Source: a virus. From it: a stretch of DNA of 18,923 bases. The position numbers and the translations under genes were made by a program. Shown here one piece after another: positions 1 through 4,480 of this stretch. Within the stretch, counting starts at the first letter, position 1, and each line of letters opens with the position of its first letter. The notes beneath the pieces are model-generated. The model was not told the DNA's origin and searched no databases. It saw only the letters and a program-made list of their open reading frames with translations. Location of the stretch: IMG/VR virus record IMGVR_UViG_3300045988_027174, one strand, 5' to 3'.

Positions 1-111
1 GTGGGAGGGGTGTGGGTTTGTGTGAAGATTTTCCCTTGTGGTTTTTTTTATTTGTGTATTATTTTTTTTTGTTCTGTGACGTCGTTGTCGCTTTGTTTTG
101 TTTATGCTTCT

Positions 112-140
112 ATTATATTTTTTTTACTCTTGCTTGTCAA
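112..140 (-). promoter_or_regulatory. Outward-facing consensus promoter in the left ITR (TTGACA-N17-TATAAT on the - strand)
   Basis: The + strand reads attata at 112-117 and tgtcaa at 135-140. On the - strand this is TTGACA, a 17-nt spacer, then TATAAT. Transcription would run toward position 1, with a predicted start near 105. Confidence 0.5.
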
Positions 141-150
141 CTTTTTTTAT

Positions 151-183
151 TTCGGGCGTGTCGTTTGTTTTCGGGCGTGTCGT
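151..183 (+). promoter_or_regulatory. Direct repeats TTCGGGCGTGTCGT x2, an operator-like element between the divergent ITR promoters
   Basis: ttcgggcgtgtcgt occurs at 151-164 and again at 170-183, a 19-bp period. The repeats sit over the -35 region of the inward promoter. They are mirrored at 18741-18773. Confidence 0.5.
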
Positions 184-192
184 GTTTTTTTG

Positions 193-201
193 TGTTATGA
201 T
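193..201 (+). promoter_or_regulatory. Extended -10 promoter (TGtTATGAT) for the ITR gene
   Basis: tgttatgat at 193-201 lies about 36 nt upstream of the ATG at 237. The SD aagggaaagga is at 217-227. No -35 match is present. Confidence 0.45.
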
Positions 202-236
202 GTGAGTATCAACTTCAAGGGAAAGGAAAAAATAAA

Positions 237-437
237 ATGATTAACAACAGCATCATCAAGGATTACGCTGAAGATTACATCCTGAACAGCGGTCAGGATC
301 TCAATGATTTCAACATTGATGTGATTGTTGAGAATCTGCATCATGTGGCGGTGGTTAATAATATGACTATCGAGGGTTATCAGGATTGTGATTCGTTTCC
401 GAGTGATGATTTTGTGGGAGCGTTTGAGGAGGTGTGA
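237..437 (+). CDS. ITR-encoded 66-aa hyper-acidic protein of unknown function (copy 1)
   Basis: ATG preceded by an AAGGGAAAGGA SD and followed by a hairpin terminator. Hand count gives 9 Asp and 5 Glu against 1 Lys and 0 Arg. An identical copy lies in the right ITR. Confidence 0.6.
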   Translation: MINNSIIKDYAEDYILNSGQDLNDFNIDVIVENLHHVAVVNNMTIEGYQDCDSFPSDDFVGAFEEV

Positions 438-448
438 TAGGTAATAGT

Positions 449-483
449 AAAGCCCCTAGGTGAGTAACCTAGGGGCTTTTCTT
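449..483 (+). terminator. Intrinsic terminator at the inner edge of the left ITR
   Basis: The stem pairs aaagcccctagg (449-460) with cctaggggcttt (468-479) around the loop tgagtaa. It is followed by tctt. Confidence 0.7.
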
Positions 484-509
484 GTGTCGTTTGTTTTACG
501 GCGTGTCGT
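484..509 (+). promoter_or_regulatory. Third copy of the GTGTCGTTTGTTTT-NN-GGCGTGTCGT module, just outside the ITR
   Basis: gtgtcgtttgttttacggcgtgtcgt at 484-509 matches gtgtcgtttgttttcgggcgtgtcgt at 157-182 at 24 of 26 positions. It ends 14 nt upstream of the TATAAT at 524-529. Confidence 0.5.
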
Positions 510-523
510 TGTTTTGTTTGTAC

Positions 524-529
524 TATAAT
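524..529 (+). promoter_or_regulatory. Candidate -10 box (TATAAT) for the early ORFan operon
   Basis: tataat at 524-529 lies 33 nt upstream of the ATG at 562. There is no consensus -35 and no TG at -15/-14. The repeat module occupies the -35 region. Confidence 0.35.
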
Positions 530-561
530 GAAAAATATCGACTACAAGGGAGGTAAATAAA

Positions 562-804
562 ATGGAAGATTATAAGCAAATCGCAGAAGAGGCGGGCGTT
601 AGTATCGAGGAGGTGCGGGAATTGATGGCGCGCGCTTACGTCAAGAGGGTTGAGACGCCATACTATCGCACTACCGAAGATGGGCGTAAGGTGGACGCGG
701 TTGAGGTGTTTTATGCCGTTTATGCTGATCATTGCTGCCCCGCCGTTGTCCTGGGAACTGGAGACACTATCGCGGAAGCGGTAGCCGACGCCTTGACGCA
801 CTGA
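562..804 (+). CDS. Early protein, 80 aa, possible helix-turn-helix at the N-terminus
   Basis: Strong SD AGGGAGGT lies 8 nt upstream of the ATG. The segment IAEEAGVSIEEVRELMARA resembles sigma-region-4 or other HTH segments. The function is not established. Confidence 0.6.
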   Translation: MEDYKQIAEEAGVSIEEVRELMARAYVKRVETPYYRTTEDGRKVDAVEVFYAVYADHCCPAVVLGTGDTIAEAVADALTH

Positions 805-819
805 TTGGAGGCAAACAGA

Positions 820-1053
820 ATGAATACTATTATCGCTATTAATTGGGCGCGTGATTGGGTTGTGGTTTCTTTTACTGATGTTGCGAATGTTTATACGTTT
901 AGTCTTGGCGAGGTTACTACCTTGAGTGACGCAAAAGCTCGCATTCGTCGAATAATGTTCAAGCAGTATGGTATTACGTTTTCTCGCATGAAGTTTGAGA
1001 AGTCTACTAATGCTATTGACTATTACCGCTCTAGCCGTGTTGAGGAGGTCTGA
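820..1053 (+). CDS. Early hypothetical protein, 77 aa
   Basis: ATG at 820 is preceded by GGAGG at 807-811. The track starts this ORF at TTG 805, and I prefer the ATG. It follows directly after the previous stop codon. Confidence 0.55.
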   Translation: MNTIIAINWARDWVVVSFTDVANVYTFSLGEVTTLSDAKARIRRIMFKQYGITFSRMKFEKSTNAIDYYRSSRVEEV

Positions 1054-1054
1054 T

Positions 1055-1285
1055 ATGTGGTATTTTATTATTACTAATGCTGGCTTCCAGGTGTTTGAGA
1101 TCATGTCTGATTGCGTGAAGCCTAGTAGCGTGTTTCACGCAACGTCGTTGAAAGCGTCGTTGGATGGAATATTGTCCCATATCCGTAACGCTTATGTTGG
1201 TCGTAACGTGAGTGTTGATATTGATAATGCTACGTTTGACATGGACTGCACTATGGTTGGCGTGGTGAAGGTGGTGTTGGTATAA
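1055..1285 (+). CDS. Early hypothetical protein, 76 aa
   Basis: ATG at 1055 is preceded by GAGGAGG at 1042-1048 and lies 1 nt after the upstream stop. The track ORF 995-1285 is in the same frame. Confidence 0.55.
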   Translation: MWYFIITNAGFQVFEIMSDCVKPSSVFHATSLKASLDGILSHIRNAYVGRNVSVDIDNATFDMDCTMVGVVKVVLV

Positions 1286-1452
1286 TGTTTGGCATGATTG
1301 TTGCCGTTTGCATTCTTTCCGTACTGTTTCTTACGGTGGCTGCTACGGTGTTTTGTGAGTTGCCGCGTGATTGGCGTGACACGTTTTGTTTTTTGGTCAT
1401 GCTTGCAGTAAGCGTGACTATGGTTTTGGTTTTTGTCATGAAAGGTTTTTGA
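1285..1452 (+). CDS. Unannotated 55-aa small membrane protein with two hydrophobic helices
   Basis: My hand translation is MFGMIVAVCILSVLFLTVAATVFCELPRDWRDTFCFLVMLAVSVTMVLVFVMKGF. Its start overlaps the upstream stop as TAATG. It is below the 60-aa cutoff of the ORF track. Confidence 0.45.
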   Translation: MFGMIVAVCILSVLFLTVAATVFCELPRDWRDTFCFLVMLAVSVTMVLVFVMKGF

Positions 1453-1453
1453 A

Positions 1454-1699
1454 ATGGCTGAGCATGATATGAAGGTTGCCATGTTTTCCTCGCAGTTTGT
1501 GGGGGGTAATGTGGAATTGTGGTATTGTCCACATGGCCAACGATACGAGCTGCGGTATGCCGTCCGATTCCGCACCCCAGCCGGGGTTTGCAACGCCACC
1601 GCTCTATGCGCGTATGATGCGGGAGATGGCAGCCAGGTAGTCGATCTTATGCTGGACGCTATCGATATCGCGCGCACGCCACTATTGGATAGGGATTGA
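1454..1699 (+). CDS. Early hypothetical protein, 81 aa
   Basis: The ATG lies 1 nt after the stop of the 55-aa ORF, and the ORF fills the gap in a tightly packed same-strand array. The SD is weak. Confidence 0.5.
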   Translation: MAEHDMKVAMFSSQFVGGNVELWYCPHGQRYELRYAVRFRTPAGVCNATALCAYDAGDGSQVVDLMLDAIDIARTPLLDRD

Positions 1700-1701
1700 T
1701 C

Positions 1702-1905
1702 ATGTATTTTTGCGGTTGGCTGCATTCATGGACTTGCAAGGACTGCGCTTATGCGGATGTGTATTGGCGTTTACGTGCGTTTTGGGCGGGAGTGAAACGT
1801 AGGGGTGACGCTTTTACACCGCCTAAACGGTGCCCAAGTACGGATTTATGGTTTGACATGTGGTGGCATGGTGCCGAGTCCGATAGTGAGGGATTGGAGT
1901 TTTAG
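1702..1905 (+). CDS. Early hypothetical protein, 67 aa, Trp/Cys-rich
   Basis: ATG at 1702 lies just after the upstream TGA (1697-1699), with AGGGA upstream. The track lists a TTG at 1696 as the start. Confidence 0.5.
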   Translation: MYFCGWLHSWTCKDCAYADVYWRLRAFWAGVKRRGDAFTPPKRCPSTDLWFDMWWHGAESDSEGLEF

Positions 1906-1907
1906 TC

Positions 1908-2084
1908 ATGTATGAAACTTTTGTCGCATTAGCGTATTTGCGTCATGGTAATAAACCCCCTATCGAAGTGGGGTATGCCACCTCGTACGATAAGGCGGCT
2001 GAGCTGATTCGAAAGTGGGCTGCGGTGCCCTCGCATACGAAAAATATCGCATATTTCAGGGTGGAAAGGCGTTATTATGTTTAA
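1908..2084 (+). CDS. Unannotated 58-aa hypothetical protein
   Basis: My hand translation is MYETFVALAYLRHGNKPPIEVGYATSYDKAAELIRKWAAVPSHTKNIAYFRVERRYYV. GGAG lies 9 nt upstream. The ORF overlaps the next ATG (2077) by 8 nt and fills an otherwise empty gap. Confidence 0.4.
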   Translation: MYETFVALAYLRHGNKPPIEVGYATSYDKAAELIRKWAAVPSHTKNIAYFRVERRYYV

Positions 2085-2595
2085 CCGTGGCAATGATCGT
2101 ACACCCGTCTATCGTATGCGTCGGTTTGATGACGCGATCATGGAATCACCCCGTATCGTCAAGGCTACGAGAGGTCGAAAGCGTGAGCTGAACTTGGAAC
2201 AGTATGACATGGGCTATGGTGATTACGAATCATGCTGTAGGGCGGTTAACATGCTGTGTGAACTGTGGCGAGAAGCGCCTAGCGTATGGTTTACACAAGC
2301 GGTGATTACCGTCTCGCAGATTTGCGGAAGCCTGACCATACGGGACGGATTGGCCGCCGCATTGTCCCGCACGTATGACGTGGAATACTTGGACGGTTCC
2401 GTGAATCCTCCTAATCTGATTGCATGGTGTGCGGTCTGCGCTGTCAAGGGTGCTACCTCGTATGACTGTTGCACGATTTTTAACAGTCCTCAAGCTCAAA
2501 ATCTGATTATCGTCGTGTTCAAAAATTTTGACAGACTGGACACGACACGGTATAATGATATCGAATTAGAAAAGATTTTACTGCAAGGGAGGTAA
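2077..2595 (+). CDS. Early hypothetical protein, 172 aa
   Basis: Longest ORF in this region on the gene-bearing strand, with GAAAGG upstream. I recognise no motif in it. Confidence 0.6.
   Translation: MFNRGNDRTPVYRMRRFDDAIMESPRIVKATRGRKRELNLEQYDMGYGDYESCCRAVNMLCELWREAPSVWFTQAVITVSQICGSLTIRDGLAAALSRTYDVEYLDGSVNPPNLIAWCAVCAVKGATSYDCCTIFNSPQAQNLIIVVFKNFDRLDTTRYNDIELEKILLQGR
2528..2556 (+). promoter_or_regulatory. Perfect consensus promoter TTGACA-N17-TATAAT ahead of the replication module
   Basis: ttgaca at 2528-2533, a 17-nt spacer, and tataat at 2551-2556. It is embedded in the 3' end of ORF 2077-2595, about 43 nt upstream of the TTG start at 2599. Confidence 0.6.
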
Positions 2596-2598
2596 AAA

Positions 2599-2913
2599 TT
2601 GGCTAGAACCAAAACCGATATTTTCCGTACGCGCGTCTACGCCGTGCTCAAGGGCATGGAACTTGTTGACGGTGATTTTATGGAAGCTGAGCACGTTATT
2701 GACGGGCGCTTGAAAGACGCGCGTGCGTATTCGGTTCGTGCGAAGAAACTGTTTCCAAACTTCATTCCACGTTCCATCAATATTTTCTCACAAAAAGTCT
2801 CTATGAATGAGGAAATTTTTTACAAGTATGCGACTTTCGAGGAGCCACAAGAATGGAACCCCGAAGAACACACAAAACGACACGCCGACATTGAAAATAA
2901 CGACGGCATGTGA
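2599..2913 (+). CDS. Putative phi29 p6-like double-stranded DNA-binding (histone-like) protein, 104 aa, TTG start
   Basis: GGGAGG at 2587-2592 lies 6 nt upstream of the TTG. The protein has a basic N-terminus, a central ...VDG(D/E)... segment and an acidic C-terminal tail. Its size and its position just upstream of the SSB match phi29 gene 6 as I recall it. Confidence 0.45.
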   Translation: MARTKTDIFRTRVYAVLKGMELVDGDFMEAEHVIDGRLKDARAYSVRAKKLFPNFIPRSINIFSQKVSMNEEIFYKYATFEEPQEWNPEEHTKRHADIENNDGM

Positions 2914-2919
2914 TATAAA
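2911..2919 (+). promoter_or_regulatory. Near-consensus extended -10 (TGaTATAAA)
   Basis: tgatataaa at 2911-2919 overlaps the stop codon of the upstream ORF and lies 62 nt upstream of the ATG at 2981. Confidence 0.3.
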
Positions 2920-2980
2920 AGATTTTAGGCATAAGCCTGAAAACAAAATAACAATAAACCATAAGGGAAGGTAAAATATC

Positions 2981-3415
2981 ATGGAAAACACCAACACCGC
3001 ACTTGTCGCATTCAACACCGAAAGCACCGAACTCGGCACTGTCCAGCACTTTATCGACACTTCCACCCGTGAAGGTAAGATCAAGCTTTACTCGGCATTG
3101 CAGAATGCCGAAAAACTCGACGAACATTTGAACGAAACCTTGAACATGGTGAATGCTGTTGCACAGGCTGTGCAGGTGACGGATGATCAGACCGGCGAGA
3201 TCTCCAACACCGTGCGCGTCATCATCGTAACCGACGATAACAAGGCATACGCCGCCACCTCCCCAACTCTCGCAGCCGGATTGAATACCATGTTTGGCAT
3301 CTTCGGCACCCCGAACACTTGGGACGCGCCGCTGGCTATCAAGGTGGTGGAACGCCGTTCCCGCCGTGGCTTCAAGTTTTTCAGCATTGAGCCGGTGGAC
3401 GAGGAAGCCAAGTGA
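2981..3415 (+). CDS. Single-stranded DNA-binding protein, phi29 p5-like, 144 aa
   Basis: The SD is GGGAAGG. The N-terminus MENTN..., the GKIKLYSA segment and the C-terminal IKVVERRSRRGFKFFSI parallel phi29 p5 as I recall it (MENTN...GQIKIFNA...KVKVVQGTSSKGNVFFSL). The gene sits upstream of the TP and polymerase genes. Confidence 0.65.
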   Translation: MENTNTALVAFNTESTELGTVQHFIDTSTREGKIKLYSALQNAEKLDEHLNETLNMVNAVAQAVQVTDDQTGEISNTVRVIIVTDDNKAYAATSPTLAAGLNTMFGIFGTPNTWDAPLAIKVVERRSRRGFKFFSIEPVDEEAK

Positions 3416-3418
3416 GCT

Positions 3419-3427
3419 TGCTATAAT
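3419..3427 (+). promoter_or_regulatory. Extended -10 promoter (TGcTATAAT)
   Basis: tgctataat at 3419-3427 lies 4 nt after the SSB stop and 71 nt upstream of the ATG at 3498. Confidence 0.5.
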
Positions 3428-3449
3428 AACTGAGTAGCGTTCGTTCACA

Positions 3450-3475
3450 GAGAGCACCCAACTTCGGGTGCTCTC
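3450..3475 (+). other. 10-bp perfect hairpin in the leader of the terminal-protein gene
   Basis: gagagcaccc (3450-3459) pairs with gggtgctctc (3466-3475) around the loop aacttc. It is followed by gccatctt, which is not a clear U-tract. Confidence 0.6.
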
Positions 3476-3497
3476 GCCATCTTAAGGACTGTGCCAT

Positions 3498-4454
3498 ATG
3501 TCTCGGAAGCAAAAGCATGTCAAGGCACGTCAGGCCGCACAGGCGCGTGCCGCACGCAATATTAAACAGCTTGGCGCTTACTCTCACTCGAATCTTGCAA
3601 AAACCGCCGACAAACAATTGGTCAATATCGCTAAAACGCTCGGCAAGGAATGGGAGAAACAGAAGAAACAAGCCATTGCGGAAGCGAAAGCAACCACCTA
3701 TCACGCCACCGCAGTCGAGAAGCCGACGAAAAAAGACATTATGTTTGCCCAGCGCACGCCCATCACTGACGCGCAGATAAAAGCGGAACCTGCGTCTAAA
3801 CGGCGCAAACTCTTGCGTCAGCAGCAGCGGAAGATCAATGCGGCACGGCAGAAGATCAGCGATTGGAACCGCGAACAGGCCATGCCGAAACGTAGTGTAT
3901 ATGATCAGCGCATGGCAGAACTTGAAGGCACTACGGGCGAGGGTTTCGGGCGTAACCAGATCATCCCTTCCAAGCTTACGGACTTTCTGCAAATGACCAA
4001 TGTCCTCTCGGATGAAGCATTCGTGCGCAGCCAATTGGAGAGCGGACACCGCAACGAACTGCGGGAGCAGATACATGATGCCGCCGAAATCTTGGGCTTG
4101 CGCACCGAACGGAAACGCGAACCGTCCAAAAAGCGGGGTAAGCAAAGCAAGGACTTGTACGGCGAACATGAGTGGCCGTCCTACATGTCGCGCGGACGTT
4201 ATGAAGTCTTTGAAAAAATTCTCGCCACCACGTTAGGGTCGAAACGGCTGAAACGATTCCGTAGTCTATCCAAAGCGCAAAAACGCGCGTTTATCGAACA
4301 GACGGACGCCCCCCGTATCGTGTTCGATTGGACGGTATATGACCCCGTCCGACACGGTTTTGCTTCGGTGTTCCGAGATAACAGCGAGGGGTATCAGCGT
4401 TCCCGCAAACAGTTCGACCGGTGGATGTCGGAAGCGGTCGCGCTGGAAAAGTAG
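3498..4454 (+). CDS. Putative terminal protein (replication primer), 318 aa
   Basis: The gene lies immediately upstream of the protein-primed polymerase, as in phi29. The protein is strongly basic and Lys/Arg/Gln-rich, especially at the N-terminus. The assignment rests on synteny and composition only. Confidence 0.6.
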   Translation: MSRKQKHVKARQAAQARAARNIKQLGAYSHSNLAKTADKQLVNIAKTLGKEWEKQKKQAIAEAKATTYHATAVEKPTKKDIMFAQRTPITDAQIKAEPASKRRKLLRQQQRKINAARQKISDWNREQAMPKRSVYDQRMAELEGTTGEGFGRNQIIPSKLTDFLQMTNVLSDEAFVRSQLESGHRNELREQIHDAAEILGLRTERKREPSKKRGKQSKDLYGEHEWPSYMSRGRYEVFEKILATTLGSKRLKRFRSLSKAQKRAFIEQTDAPRIVFDWTVYDPVRHGFASVFRDNSEGYQRSRKQFDRWMSEAVALEK

Positions 4455-4480
4455 CGGTTGAAAACAAGGGAAGTTATACT

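Larger units (their letters stand above)
1..483. repeat. Left inverted terminal repeat (ITR), 483 bp
   Basis: Traced by eye, 1-483 is the reverse complement of 18441-18923. The ORF track gives identical 79-aa, 62-aa and 66-aa translations at both ends. The match ends at 484 (g on the left versus a in the reverse complement of the right end). Confidence 0.95.

Noticed and set aside
1-240. ORFs 1-240 and 12-200 (79 and 62 aa), with mirror copies at 18684-18923 and 18724-18912
   Set aside because: Their translations are low-complexity Phe/Cys/Leu/Val strings produced by the T/G-rich terminal DNA. They have no SD and would begin at the physical genome end. The region is better explained as replication origin plus promoters.
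151-509. Whether the short direct repeats near the left end form a CRISPR-like array
   Set aside because: There are only two or three 14-26-nt copies, with T-rich spacers of 5 bp and about 300 bp. There are no cas genes, and the repeats are tied to promoter positions. They look regulatory, not like a CRISPR array.
3381-4169. Long - strand ORFs overlapping + strand genes: 523-1104, 1192-1725, 2801-3457, 3381-4169, 6138-6671, 6759-7469, 8443-9003 and 13447-14247
   Set aside because: All are antisense shadows of + strand genes that have recognisable homology or motifs. They lack SD sequences, have odd Arg/Cys/His-rich composition, and would break the otherwise strict one-strand organisation.
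4421-4480. Upstream GTG start at 4421 for the polymerase, and GTG 10532 for the portal
   Set aside because: The GTG at 4421 lies inside the terminal-protein gene and has no SD. ATG 4481 has AAGGGAAG upstream. ATG 10538 has better spacing from AGGA than GTG 10532 does.
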